From an uncultured delta proteobacterium (GTDB lineage: Bacteria; Desulfobacterota; Binatia; UBA9968), in contig CAVUZH010000014.1 of NCBI GenBank assembly GCA_963745835.1, positions 1 to 64,000 on the forward strand: DNA of 64,000 bases, given 5' to 3'. Position numbers and translations under genes: made by a program. Position 1 is the stretch's first letter. The number at the start of each line of letters is the position of its first letter. Under the pieces are notes generated by a model. The model was given only the letters and a program-made list of their open reading frames with translations. It ran no database searches and was not told the origin of the DNA. This document shows, in pieces, positions 17,719 to 27,993 of this stretch.

Positions 17719-19140
17719 TTACTTGCCGTAGGTGACCCTGCCGCCTTCAATCTCCTTATTTAACTTTTGATGCAAATGGAGGCCTTCGAGGACGAATTCC
17801 GTGGCCGAGGCCATCAGGCTGGGAGATTCCTGAGTTCCAAGGGTTTTCACCGCTTCCTTCAATCCGGGAATTTCTTTGATGCCTTCGAGATAATCGTGCG
17901 ATGCCATTTGATCGGAGACTTCAACTCCCCAACCGGAGTTAAAATACTCCACGACTTTTTGCAGCGAATTGAGACTGAAGTACTGATCAAAAACTTTTAG
18001 AATGGAGCGATTGAGCAGCTTCTCGACCAGCTCATCCTCCTTCTTGTCCTCGCCGACATACTCCATCTCAATCTTGCCGGTCGTTGACGCCATCACCGCA
18101 TGCAAATCACTAACCCGGGGCACTATTTCATTCTCTTTGCACTTGAGCGCCCGCTTCTCGGCATTACTGATCAGGCTTTCGAAATTATTAATGGTGACAC
18201 GCACGCTGACACCGGAAGATTGATTGATCTCGTTGGATTTGCGCGCTTCGAAGGTCAATTGTCCGAGGATCTCTTTAATGAATCGCGGCACCTCGACCTT
18301 GCGGCTGCGCCGGTCCATGGGCGCGGATTCCTGCTCCATGATCGCCAGCTCGTCCTCCATGTTCTTGGGATAGTGGGTGCGAATCTGCACGTCAAAGCGG
18401 TCCTTCAACGGCGTGATAATGCGACCGCGGCTGGTATAATCCTCCGGGTTGGCGCTGGCGACGATCACCACATCCAAGGGCAGCCGGATTTTGTAACCTT
18501 TTATTTGAACGTCTTTTTCTTCCATCAAGTTAAACAGACCCACCTGCACTTTTTCGGTAAGGTCGGGCAATTCATTGATCGCGAAGATGCCGCGGTTGGT
18601 GCGAGGCACGAGACCATAATGAATCGTTTCCTCATCGGCAAGATAACGCCCTTCGGCCACTTTGATAGGATCGATTTCACCCACCAGATCGGCAATGGAA
18701 ACATCGGGGGTTGCCAATTTTTCGCCGTATCGGGTATCGCGATCGATCCACTGAATCGGCGTGTTATCGCCCAACTCCTGAAGCTTTTTGCGACAGGCAC
18801 GGCAAATCGGATGGTACGGATTGTCGTTGATTTCACAGCCCTGAATGATTGGAATGCGCTCATCCAGCAGGTTCATCAGGCCGCGAATGATGCGCGACTT
18901 GCCCTGTCCGCGTTCTCCGAGGAAGACCATATGGTGTCCCGACAAGATGGCGTTTTCTATTTCGGGAATGACCGTTTCATCGTAGCCGACAATCCCAGGC
19001 AGAATCCGTTTTTCGGTTTCGAGGCAATGGACCAGATTCTTGCGCATCTCCTCGCGAATCGGCAAAACCGCGACACCGCTTTTCTTAAGCTCTCCTATCG
19101 TTTTCGCGTCATTCACGTTGACCGGCCTCCCTTTTAGCAA
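17719..19140 (-). CDS. AAA+ ATPase, Mg-chelatase ChlI-like, partner of the vWA protein
   Basis: GERGQGKS Walker A, INELPDL, ASANPEDYTSRGRIITPLKDRF. Confidence 0.88.
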   Translation of the reverse strand: MLKGRPVNVNDAKTIGELKKSGVAVLPIREEMRKNLVHCLETEKRILPGIVGYDETVIPEIENAILSGHHMVFLGERGQGKSRIIRGLMNLLDERIPIIQGCEINDNPYHPICRACRKKLQELGDNTPIQWIDRDTRYGEKLATPDVSIADLVGEIDPIKVAEGRYLADEETIHYGLVPRTNRGIFAINELPDLTEKVQVGLFNLMEEKDVQIKGYKIRLPLDVVIVASANPEDYTSRGRIITPLKDRFDVQIRTHYPKNMEDELAIMEQESAPMDRRSRKVEVPRFIKEILGQLTFEARKSNEINQSSGVSVRVTINNFESLISNAEKRALKCKENEIVPRVSDLHAVMASTTGKIEMEYVGEDKKEDELVEKLLNRSILKVFDQYFSLNSLQKVVEYFNSGWGVEVSDQMASHDYLEGIKEIPGLKEAVKTLGTQESPSLMASATEFVLEGLHLHQKLNKEIEGGRVTYGK

Positions 19141-19212
19141 ATAATAAGTGCTGAATGCGTCGAAGTATTGCTGTAATCGGATTTGAGTGAGCTGTCCTGA
19201 TAGCAGCCTACA

Positions 19213-19731
19213 CTACCCACGGGCGTTTTGGGACACCTCACGATGAAAATTCTGAAAATGCGGCGCGAGACGATCGTAACTGTCCAGCAGATGCTGGGGC
19301 ATCACCCGGGTGTCGGCAATCACCGGCATGAAGTTGGTGTCGCCCTCCCAGCGCGGCACGATATGCCAATGGAGATGATCCCCGATCCCCGCACCGGCGC
19401 ATTTTCCCAGGTTCATGCCTAGATTTATTCCGGAAGGATTCAGCACACGCCGAATGATGTCGACCGTTTGTCTTAGCGCTTCGTTAAGATCGGCATGTTC
19501 GGAGACCGACAGTTTGGACAGATCCTTCTCGTGCTGCTGAGGAGATAAAAGAAGATGGCCATTATTATAGGGGTACTTGTTGAGCATCACCATGCTGTGC
19601 GTAGTGCGCGCCAGGACAAGAGCCTGGCGGCTTTCTTCCACCCCGCGGTTCCGATTACAAAATATGCAGCCTGTGTCGATGGAGTCCTGGTCGATATAGA
19701 CCATTCTCCAAGGAGCCCACAGCTGCTTCAT
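19213..19731 (-). CDS. HIT family hydrolase (Ap4A phosphorylase-like)
   Basis: LWAPWR, CIFC, HLHWHIVPRW. Confidence 0.92.
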   Translation of the reverse strand: MKQLWAPWRMVYIDQDSIDTGCIFCNRNRGVEESRQALVLARTTHSMVMLNKYPYNNGHLLLSPQQHEKDLSKLSVSEHADLNEALRQTVDIIRRVLNPSGINLGMNLGKCAGAGIGDHLHWHIVPRWEGDTNFMPVIADTRVMPQHLLDSYDRLAPHFQNFHREVSQNARG

Positions 19732-20042
19732 GTAGTAGCTTCCTCTTCTTCTCCCTCGAAGGGTTTTCCATCGACTCTAAAGCGCAATTCCTTGCCGACT
19801 TTGAAAAAAGGAACTCGTTTTGCCGCCACCGATACCAATACCCCGCTCTTGGGATTGCGCCCCTGACGAGCCCGCCGATGTTTTACGACAAAGCTGCCAA
19901 AGCCGCGGATCTCGATCCGATCACCTTGGGCGAGAGCTTCGACCATCGAGTCGAAGATGGCGTTGATGATGACTTCCGAATCTCTTCTGGAAAGATGCGG
20001 AAACCTTTTGTTGACCTCGTCTATCAAGTCCCTTTTCGTCAT
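19728..20042 (-). CDS. ihfB: integration host factor beta
   Basis: RIEIRGFGSF...GRNPKSG...FKVGKELR; downstream of rpsA-sppA. Confidence 0.92.
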   Translation of the reverse strand: MTKRDLIDEVNKRFPHLSRRDSEVIINAIFDSMVEALAQGDRIEIRGFGSFVVKHRRARQGRNPKSGVLVSVAAKRVPFFKVGKELRFRVDGKPFEGEEEEATT

Positions 20043-20101
20043 AACGCTCCCCTCGCGACGTAACAAAAATCTCTTGGCTGGAAACGTAGCGGCTGCATGG
20101 C

Positions 20102-21001
20102 TCAGCGTAGCAGCGACAACGACCACTCGTAGCGAAGTCCTGGTCTATCGCTACCGGACCACTGAATACCAGTCAGGGAAAAAAATAATCTGCCCCACCA
20201 GCGTTCCTGCTCCAATCGTGAGTAGTAAACGACCGGACTCTCTTCCAATCCAACCCGCTTCGCCGCCAGATCCACTGCATACTCCAAATTACCCAATTCA
20301 TCCACCAAACCGAGATCCTTAGCCTGAGCTCCAGAATACACCCGCCCATCGGCAAGCTTCTTGACGACGGCCTCGTCCATCCCTCTTCCGGTAGCCACGG
20401 CGCTGACAAATTGGCCGTGAACATTGTCGACAAGCGACTGCAAAATCGCTTGTCCTTCAGGAGAAAGGGCTTGAAAGGGCGAGCCGATATCTTTATTGGC
20501 ACCGCTTTTGATGTTCTGTCCCTTTACGCCGACCTTCTTCATCAGCTCTTCAATATTGTTGAGCTGCATGATCACGCCGATCGAGCCGGTCATGGTTCCC
20601 GGGTTGGCGACAATTTTTTCACAGGCGCTGGCGATGTAGTAGCCTCCCGATGTCGCCATTCCACCCATGGAAGCGATCAAAGGTTTTTTGCTTCGTACCT
20701 TTTGCAGCTCATCGAAGATTTCCTGCGTCGGCGCCACGGCGCCGCCCGGAGAATCGATGCGCAGCACGATCGCTTTAATCCACGGTGCTTCACGAAATCG
20801 CCGCAACTCTGTCAGGACGTCCCGTGAATCATTGATCGTGCCGTCAACCTGTAGAATGCCGACACCGTCGCCAGCGAGAAGCGACAAAGCCTTGGCGTCG
20901 CCGCCGGTGAGATAAGCGTAAAAAAAGGCGGCTGCAAAGACCACCAGGACAAAACCCGTAAGCAGACCCAAGCCTTTGAGGATCGGATGCTTTTTTACCA
21001 T
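20102..21001 (-). CDS. sppA: signal peptide peptidase SppA
   Basis: RIDSPGG, SGGYYIA, TGSIGVI. Confidence 0.93.
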   Translation of the reverse strand: MVKKHPILKGLGLLTGFVLVVFAAAFFYAYLTGGDAKALSLLAGDGVGILQVDGTINDSRDVLTELRRFREAPWIKAIVLRIDSPGGAVAPTQEIFDELQKVRSKKPLIASMGGMATSGGYYIASACEKIVANPGTMTGSIGVIMQLNNIEELMKKVGVKGQNIKSGANKDIGSPFQALSPEGQAILQSLVDNVHGQFVSAVATGRGMDEAVVKKLADGRVYSGAQAKDLGLVDELGNLEYAVDLAAKRVGLEESPVVYYSRLEQERWWGRLFFSLTGIQWSGSDRPGLRYEWSLSLLR

Positions 21002-21024
21002 TTTGCCGACTGTGCTCCTAATTC

Positions 21025-22779
21025 TTATGAGTTACTTTTGCCTTTGTTGCGTCCCTGCCCCTCTTCATCCCGGTCAAGTCGCAACTCTTCATTCAGCAGG
21101 GTATTGAAAGAAAACATTCCGCCTTGTTTGTCGCGGGTGAGATAGCTTTCCATCTCCTGGCGCTCTTCGCTCTTGCGCAAGGCGCGGATGCTGAGGCCAA
21201 TCTTTCGTTCCGTCAGATCGATATTGACAACCTCGGCCTCGACCTCATCGCCAACTTTATACAAGGCCGATGGTTTCTCGACGCGTTCGGTGCTCAGCTG
21301 CGAGACGTGGATCAAACCTTCCACACCTTCGTCGAGTCGGACGAACACGCCAAATTCAGGAACACTCGTGACCTGCCCCTTTACTCTCGTGCCAACAGGG
21401 AAGCGCTCGGCGATAACTCTCCACGGGTCGGTGGCCAGTTGCTTGATGCCAAGGGAGAATCTCTCGTTCTCGACGTTGACTCCCAAAACTTTGGCTTCAA
21501 CCATGTCGCCCTTTTTGAATAGTTCGGACGGATGCTTGACCTTCTTCGTCCAGTGCAAATCCGAAACGTGCACCAGACCGTCGATTCCTTCCTCGATGCC
21601 GACGAAAATACCGAAATCGGTAATATTCCGCACCGGCCCCTTGACCACGCTGCCAACCGGATATTTTTGCTTCGCCTCTTCCCATGGATTCGGCATCACC
21701 TGCTTCAAGCCTAATGAAATCCGCCGGTGTTCCGGATCGACATTAAGGATGACGACTTCAACCGGCTGCCCAACCTGAAGAATCTTCGACGGGTGCGCGA
21801 TCTTTCGCGTCCACGACATCTCGGAAATATGGATCAACCCTTCAATGCCGCTTTCCAGCTCGACAAAAGCGCCGTAGTCCATGATGCTGATCACTTTTCC
21901 CTGGACGCGCATTCCAATCGGAAACTTTTCCGCCACGCTGTGCCAGGGATCGGGCATCAACTGCTTCATGCCCAGGGAAATACGTTCCTTTTCGGAATCA
22001 AACTTCAAAACAACGACATTCACTTTCTGGCCAACCTGAAGAAGTTCCGAGGGATGGCTGATACGGCCCCAGGACATATCGCTAATATGAAGGATACCGT
22101 CGATGCCGCCGAGATCGACGAAGGCGCCATAGCCGGTGATGTTCTTGACGGTGCCTTCAAGAATGACACCTTCCTCGAGGACCTTTAGCACTTCCTGCTT
22201 GAGAACGTCTCGTTCCTTCTCTAACAGCGCCCGGCGGGAGAGCACGACGTTTCCTCGCGGCCGGTTGAACTTGAGCACGGCAAAGGAATCCTTTGTGCCG
22301 AGGAATTTGTCTAAATTGCGCGTCGGCCGGATATCGACATGCGACCCCGGCAGGAACCCCATGACTCCGCCGACGTCCACTTTAAATCCGCCTTTGACCT
22401 TGCCGGTAATAGTTCCTTGGACAGGCGTGCCATCATTAAATGCTTTTTCGATGACTTCCCAGACCTTCATGCTCTGGGCCCGTTGCCTCGACAAATTGAT
22501 GCCGCCGCCTTCGTTCTCCGAAGAGTCGAAGTAGACGTCGACCTCCTCGCCGACTTTTACCTCTAGATCGCCCTGACGATTCTGGAACTCATGGATCGGA
22601 ATTTGCCCTTCGGATTTGTAGCCGACGTCGATTAGCACGTGCGTCGCTGTGATTCCCACGACCATCCCCTTGACGATGCCGCCGGGTTTAACAGACCGCA
22701 GGCTCTCCTCGAACATGGCTTCGAAATCATTAGCGCCTCCCGCCGCGGCGCTACTTTTTCCTTCATCACTCTGAATCAT
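21025..22779 (-). CDS. rpsA: 30S ribosomal protein S1
   Basis: Repeated S1 domains (YGAFVDLGGIDGILHISD etc.). Confidence 0.97.
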   Translation of the reverse strand: MIQSDEGKSSAAAGGANDFEAMFEESLRSVKPGGIVKGMVVGITATHVLIDVGYKSEGQIPIHEFQNRQGDLEVKVGEEVDVYFDSSENEGGGINLSRQRAQSMKVWEVIEKAFNDGTPVQGTITGKVKGGFKVDVGGVMGFLPGSHVDIRPTRNLDKFLGTKDSFAVLKFNRPRGNVVLSRRALLEKERDVLKQEVLKVLEEGVILEGTVKNITGYGAFVDLGGIDGILHISDMSWGRISHPSELLQVGQKVNVVVLKFDSEKERISLGMKQLMPDPWHSVAEKFPIGMRVQGKVISIMDYGAFVELESGIEGLIHISEMSWTRKIAHPSKILQVGQPVEVVILNVDPEHRRISLGLKQVMPNPWEEAKQKYPVGSVVKGPVRNITDFGIFVGIEEGIDGLVHVSDLHWTKKVKHPSELFKKGDMVEAKVLGVNVENERFSLGIKQLATDPWRVIAERFPVGTRVKGQVTSVPEFGVFVRLDEGVEGLIHVSQLSTERVEKPSALYKVGDEVEAEVVNIDLTERKIGLSIRALRKSEERQEMESYLTRDKQGGMFSFNTLLNEELRLDRDEEGQGRNKGKSNS

Positions 22780-23468
22780 ATACCCAAACTCCGATCGTTT
22801 TTTAATTTTGAAGACTCACTTTTAATTAGTTGCAAGACCTTTTCGGCCACCCCATCCGCAGTCAGCCCTGAGGAGTCCAGCGCAAAAGCGTCATCGGCTT
22901 TGCGCAAAGGCGCGATATCGCGTTCGCTGTCCCTTGCGTCTCGCTCCTTCATCTCGCTGATCGTTTCGGCAAGGCTCACCTCTCGGCCCGCAGTGCGCAA
23001 TTCATGGCAACGGCGCCGGGCCCTCTCCTCGATGGATGCATCAAGATAGATCTTCACTTGCGCGTCCGGAAAGACGACAGTACCAATGTCCCGACCTTCT
23101 GCCACGACATTGCCGCGCCTGCCGAGTTCGCGCTGGAGATCCAAAAGCCGGTGACGAACCATCGGAATCGCAGACGCTTTGGACGCCATCTGACTAACTT
23201 CAGGAGTTCGAATCAAGGCCGACACATCCTCGTCGTCGAGAATCACCTGAAGCTGACCATCTCTACCTCGGAGATCGATGTCGCTATATTGTACTATAGC
23301 ACTCAAGGCTGCCGTGTCATTTAGATCCACGCGCCGGCGCAATATCTTCAAGGCGAGCGCTCGGTAAATGGCGCCGGTATCGAGGTAGGTAAAGCGTAAC
23401 TCCTTGGCGACACGTTTTGCCAAGGTGCTTTTTCCCGCGCCGGAAGGACCATCGATCGCTACAATCAT
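22776..23468 (-). CDS. cmk: cytidylate kinase
   Basis: IDGPSGAGKST, YLDTGAIYR, EGRDIGTVVFP. Confidence 0.96.
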   Translation of the reverse strand: MIVAIDGPSGAGKSTLAKRVAKELRFTYLDTGAIYRALALKILRRRVDLNDTAALSAIVQYSDIDLRGRDGQLQVILDDEDVSALIRTPEVSQMASKASAIPMVRHRLLDLQRELGRRGNVVAEGRDIGTVVFPDAQVKIYLDASIEERARRRCHELRTAGREVSLAETISEMKERDARDSERDIAPLRKADDAFALDSSGLTADGVAEKVLQLIKSESSKLKNDRSLGI

Positions 23469-23504
23469 TTACGCCCCACTTGACCTACTATCGCTAACAA
23501 AGCG

Positions 23505-24791
23505 CTATGGCAAACAAATCTCATCGAGCAAATCGAAGAACGTCGGGAACGATATAGCGACGCATTGGGCATCATCAATTTCCACCCCGCCTTCGGCGCA
23601 AAGCCCGGCGATGGCCAGTGACATAGCGATCCGGTGATCGCCAAAGCTGCGCACTTTATTCCCCTGAAGTGTTTCGCGGCCGCGTATAGTCAGGCCGTCT
23701 TCGCGTTCCTCGACGTCCACGCCAAGCCTGCGCAATCCTTCGCTCATGGCCGAAATGCGATCTGACTCTTTGAAGCGAAGCTCCTTGACACCGTTTATAA
23801 CTGTATCACCTTCCGCCAGAGCAGCGGCGATCGCAAGAATCGGATATTCATCAATGGTGCGCGCCACTAATTCCGCTCCGATCTCGAGACCTTTGAGCCT
23901 CTTGCCGGTTATCTTTAAATCGGCGACCGGCTCACCAGTCTCGATCGTGGCGTTCAGCAGTTCTATCTCCGCTCCCATGCGCCGAAGTATCTCGATAACA
24001 CCATCCCTGGTCGGATTGACACCGACGCGGCGCACGACAATTCGCGATCCCGATATCAGTGCAGCGGCCACCAGGAAGAATGCCGCCGAGGATATGTCGC
24101 CAGGTATGCGCACGTCTTTTCCATAAAGTGTTTGGCCTCCCTGAACCGAAACGTGCCGCCCATCTAGCCCTACTTCACCGCCAAAACCTTTAATCATCAA
24201 TTCGGTATGGTTGCGCGAGTTTTGCGGCTCTTCGATGATCGTAACGCCCTCGGCCTGAAGCCCGGCCAGCAAGATAGCGGACTTCACCTGAGCGCTGGCA
24301 ATCGGCATCGAATATTCGATGCCTTTAAGATTGCCTCCGTTAATCTCTAGCGGCGCCAATTCTCTGCCTTCCCGGCCTACGAGGTTGGCGCCCATACGGC
24401 TCAGCGGCTCGATCACCCTTTGCATCGGCCGGCGTCGCAGCGACTGATCGCCGTCAAGGATCGTGGTAAACGGCCGGCCCGCCAAAACCCCGGAAAGCAA
24501 ACGCATCGTCGTACCTGAGTTACCGCAATCAATAGTAGTCTTCGGCGCCGTCAGTCCTTCCCAGCCGTTGCCGTCGATATGTAACGTTTCGCCTTCGCTT
24601 GAGATCTTCACACCCAGATCCTTGAATGCTTGGACCGTGCGCTGGTTATCCTCGCCGCCGGAAAGATTGCTGACGCGACTTGAACCGTGGGCGATACTGC
24701 CAAAGATTACGGCGCGATGCCCGATCGACTTATCGCCAGGAACGGAGATTTCCCCGTGCAGCGGTTTTTTGCTTTGCAGGACCCGTTTCAT
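23505..24791 (-). CDS. aroA: EPSP synthase
   Basis: PGDKSI, DCGNSGTT, ASAQVKSA, KESDRI, DHRIAM. Confidence 0.96.
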   Translation of the reverse strand: MKRVLQSKKPLHGEISVPGDKSIGHRAVIFGSIAHGSSRVSNLSGGEDNQRTVQAFKDLGVKISSEGETLHIDGNGWEGLTAPKTTIDCGNSGTTMRLLSGVLAGRPFTTILDGDQSLRRRPMQRVIEPLSRMGANLVGREGRELAPLEINGGNLKGIEYSMPIASAQVKSAILLAGLQAEGVTIIEEPQNSRNHTELMIKGFGGEVGLDGRHVSVQGGQTLYGKDVRIPGDISSAAFFLVAAALISGSRIVVRRVGVNPTRDGVIEILRRMGAEIELLNATIETGEPVADLKITGKRLKGLEIGAELVARTIDEYPILAIAAALAEGDTVINGVKELRFKESDRISAMSEGLRRLGVDVEEREDGLTIRGRETLQGNKVRSFGDHRIAMSLAIAGLCAEGGVEIDDAQCVAISFPTFFDLLDEICLP

Positions 24792-24803
24792 TTCCACCAA
24801 ATG

Positions 24804-25670
24804 TCAGGCGATCTTTTGGCGAATCTCATTGGCGCGGGTAAACTCTTTCTCCAAAAAAGCCCCTTTACCTTCGGCGATCCAACGCCTCAGCTGCTTCAAA
24901 CTGTTGATATAGTCGCCAAGCGATTGGCCCAAAGCCTGTCGGTTCATCAAACAGATGTCGCGCCACAACTCCGGCCGGCTTGAAGCGATACGGGTGAAAT
25001 CTTTGAATCCACCGGCGCAATAGGACTTCAAATCGACACCAGGCACTGGCGAACGTTCGAGCGCATTCACCAGAGCATAGACCAGAACGTGGGGCAAATG
25101 ACTGATCAATCCGAGCACGCGGTCGTGAACTTCCGGATCCATAAGCTCGACTTTGGCGCCGATCTTGCGCCAGATCATCGCAACTTTTTTCAACGCCGCC
25201 TTATCGGTTTTCCCGGTTGGCGTCAGAATCGTCCGGCGACCCAGGAACAAGTCCGGCTTTGCCGCTCGCGCGCCCCACTGTTCGCTGCCGGCAATCGGAT
25301 GGCCGGGAACAAACGAAATATTTTTCGGCAGCAACCGGTCCATGCCTCGAACGATCTCGGCTTTGACACTGCCGACATCGCTGATCACGCAACCGGCTTT
25401 CAACCTGGGAAGAAAAGCCGCCGTTAGTGGGACGCTGGTTTGCACCGGTGTGCCTATCATCAAAAAATTCACATCCTCGGGCATCTCGTCTTCGCGCAAA
25501 AAATAGCTGTCGATAATCCCCTGCTTCTTAGCCCAGCGCAGACCGACTTCGCTCCGCCCGTAACCGATAATCTCGTCCACCAATTTGTGCCGGCGCATGT
25601 CCAGAGCCAACGACCCGGAGATCAGTCCGACACCAGCCACCACCATCTTGCGAAAAATAACAGCCATCAA
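24804..25670 (-). CDS. tyrA: prephenate/arogenate dehydrogenase
   Basis: GVGLISGS, SDVGSVK, GHPIAGSE, SHLPH. Confidence 0.92.
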   Translation of the reverse strand: MMAVIFRKMVVAGVGLISGSLALDMRRHKLVDEIIGYGRSEVGLRWAKKQGIIDSYFLREDEMPEDVNFLMIGTPVQTSVPLTAAFLPRLKAGCVISDVGSVKAEIVRGMDRLLPKNISFVPGHPIAGSEQWGARAAKPDLFLGRRTILTPTGKTDKAALKKVAMIWRKIGAKVELMDPEVHDRVLGLISHLPHVLVYALVNALERSPVPGVDLKSYCAGGFKDFTRIASSRPELWRDICLMNRQALGQSLGDYINSLKQLRRWIAEGKGAFLEKEFTRANEIRQKIA

Positions 25671-25720
25671 ACTTCCTTACCCGATGCCGGCGCAATCCAT
25701 AAGGCATCGCCGGTCTTACG

Positions 25721-26815
25721 CTATGCCCCAACCGCTTTCCTGAGCCCATCGATAAACTTTCGGTTTTCGTCCATCGTTCCAATAGTCATCCTGAGGTACT
25801 CCGGAAACTGATATCCTGCCATTGGTCGAACGATGATGCCCTGAGCGAGCAGGCGATTAAAAACATCTTCCCCCTTACCGACCCGTAACAAGATAAAGTT
25901 GGCGTGACTCGGAACGTATTCAATACCCAACCTGGCAAACTCCGCGGTCAGATATTCAAGTCCTTGCCGGTTGTTTTCGAGGCTACGTCGCACATGCTCG
26001 CGATCATCCAAGGCGGCCAACGCGCCCCACTGCGCCGGCGCATTCACATTGAACGGCTGCCGCACCCGATGCATCAGGCTGATAATTTCCTTATCGGCAA
26101 TCCCGTAACCGATTCTCAAACCGGCAAGACCATAGAGTTTGGAGAAGGTCCGCAAAGTCAGCAACGCCTTGCCCTGCCGATGATAATCTAACGAGTTGGG
26201 ATAATCGGCGGCTTCAACGTACTCAAAGTAGGCTTCGTCGACGATGATCAAAACATCAGACCGAATCTGCTTTAAAAATTTCTCCCAAGTTGCCTTGCGA
26301 AAAATCGTTCCGGTGGGGTTGTTCGGATTGGCCAGAAACACGATTCGGGTTCTGGCACTGATGGCTGCGCCGATCGCTTCGAGATCATGGGTGAAATTCC
26401 GCAGCGGCACTTCTTGCGAGATCCCACCCATCGCCTGCACGATCAGTTTATAAACAACGAACGCCTGGCGCGCCATAACCGCTTCGTCGCCTGGGCGCAT
26501 AAAGGTGCGGATCGCCAGCTCGATGATCTCGTTGGAGCCGTTACCGAAGATCAGCTGCTCGGGCGTTACATTAAGTTTCGCCGTCAAGCCGCGCTTCAGG
26601 TAAAAACAATCGCCGTCCGGGTAGAGATGGAGTTGCGCCAATTTTTCGCGCATGGCGTCAAGCGCCAACGGCGAGGGCCCTAGCGGGTTCTCGTTGGATG
26701 CTAGTTTGATCGAATTGAAAATACCGATTTCGCGCTCCACCTCTTCAATGGGTTTTCCCGGCGCATACGGAATCAACGTGCGAATATATTCCGGGACTTG
26801 ATCTGTAACTTTCAT
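25721..26815 (-). CDS. hisC: histidinol-phosphate aminotransferase
   Basis: KLASNENP, NPNNPTG, DEAY, RTFSKLYGLAGLRIGY. Confidence 0.95.
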   Translation of the reverse strand: MKVTDQVPEYIRTLIPYAPGKPIEEVEREIGIFNSIKLASNENPLGPSPLALDAMREKLAQLHLYPDGDCFYLKRGLTAKLNVTPEQLIFGNGSNEIIELAIRTFMRPGDEAVMARQAFVVYKLIVQAMGGISQEVPLRNFTHDLEAIGAAISARTRIVFLANPNNPTGTIFRKATWEKFLKQIRSDVLIIVDEAYFEYVEAADYPNSLDYHRQGKALLTLRTFSKLYGLAGLRIGYGIADKEIISLMHRVRQPFNVNAPAQWGALAALDDREHVRRSLENNRQGLEYLTAEFARLGIEYVPSHANFILLRVGKGEDVFNRLLAQGIIVRPMAGYQFPEYLRMTIGTMDENRKFIDGLRKAVGA

Positions 26816-27912
26816 TTTCCGCTCGGATAAGAGCCCAGGATTTTGATAAAGTCACAGCTGGTATCAAGCGTTTGTAGCGCTCGCCTGATCCTCGCTTCCT
26901 TTTGATGCCCTTTGAAGTCGATAAAGAACATGTATTCCCATGGCTTGTTCTTAATCGGCCGCGATTCGATTTTGGTCAGGTTAATCCGACTTCGCGCGAA
27001 CGGCTGAAGCATCCGGTGCAAAACCCCCGGCTTATCTTTTACCGAGAATACTAGAGAGGTTTTATCGTCGCCGCTGGGAACGGTCTCCTGTGCGCCAATG
27101 ACGAGAAACCTTGTGATGTTGTTTGAGTGGTCCTCGATATTCGCCGCAATGACTTGCAGGTCGTATGCCTCCTTCGCCAACGCGCTGGAGATCGCGCCGA
27201 CGGATCTATCACCGGCAGCGATCATTGCCGCGTGCGCGGTGCTCGCCACCTCATCTAGCTTTGCGGTCGACAAATGACGCATTAGCCACTGCCGGCATTG
27301 CGCGAGAGCTTGGGGATGAGACACGATGCGCTTGACATCCTGTTCTCGCCCGGTACGTGACAAGAGATGATGATGAATCTCGAGGTAAATTTCGGCGCAG
27401 ATCTTGAGCTCGGAATCGACCAGTACGTCGAGCGTGTGCGCCACCACGCCTTCGGTGGAATTCTCAATCGGCACAACGCCGAACGAAACTCTCTCCTGAC
27501 TCACCTCCTGAAACACTTCGCTGATACTGGCAGTCGGCAGCAGCGTTACTGTGGAACCAAATTTCTCTCGCGCAGCAAGATGCGAATAGGTTCCCTCGGC
27601 CCCGAAGAAGGCAATCTTAAGAGGTGCTTCGATGGAGCGGCAAGCGGAGACAACTTCTCTGAAAATAGCGCGAATGGAGTGGTCGGGAAGCGGACCTTGG
27701 TTCAACCGGGAGAGGCGCTGAAGGATTTGCTTCTCCCGATGCGGAACATAAACTTCTTGATTGTTTTGGCTCTTACTGCGGCCGATTTTTTGCGCAAGGA
27801 AGGCCCGATCGTTTAGCAGGGCAACGACTTTTTCATCAATTTGATCGATTTTTTTGCGGAGAACATCGACCGACTCATTACGACTCAAAGACAACCTCGC
27901 TGGGGCGCGCAC
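26812..27912 (-). CDS. pheA: chorismate mutase/prephenate dehydratase
   Basis: LRKKIDQID, PIENSTEG, NITRF, LTKIESRP. Confidence 0.95.
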   Translation of the reverse strand: MRAPARLSLSRNESVDVLRKKIDQIDEKVVALLNDRAFLAQKIGRSKSQNNQEVYVPHREKQILQRLSRLNQGPLPDHSIRAIFREVVSACRSIEAPLKIAFFGAEGTYSHLAAREKFGSTVTLLPTASISEVFQEVSQERVSFGVVPIENSTEGVVAHTLDVLVDSELKICAEIYLEIHHHLLSRTGREQDVKRIVSHPQALAQCRQWLMRHLSTAKLDEVASTAHAAMIAAGDRSVGAISSALAKEAYDLQVIAANIEDHSNNITRFLVIGAQETVPSGDDKTSLVFSVKDKPGVLHRMLQPFARSRINLTKIESRPIKNKPWEYMFFIDFKGHQKEARIRRALQTLDTSCDFIKILGSYPSGK

Positions 27913-27993
27913 CCGGCGCGCAGACTCTTTTAGAAATACCGGCGTAACTTATCTTAATTCCTAAAGAATTGCAAATATTGCTCAAATATTCGC

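Noticed and set aside
16091-19140. AAA+/vWA pair as a magnesium chelatase or a novel system
   Set aside because: This is a widespread ChlI-like ATPase plus vWA pair; there is no chelatase H subunit or tetrapyrrole gene nearby.
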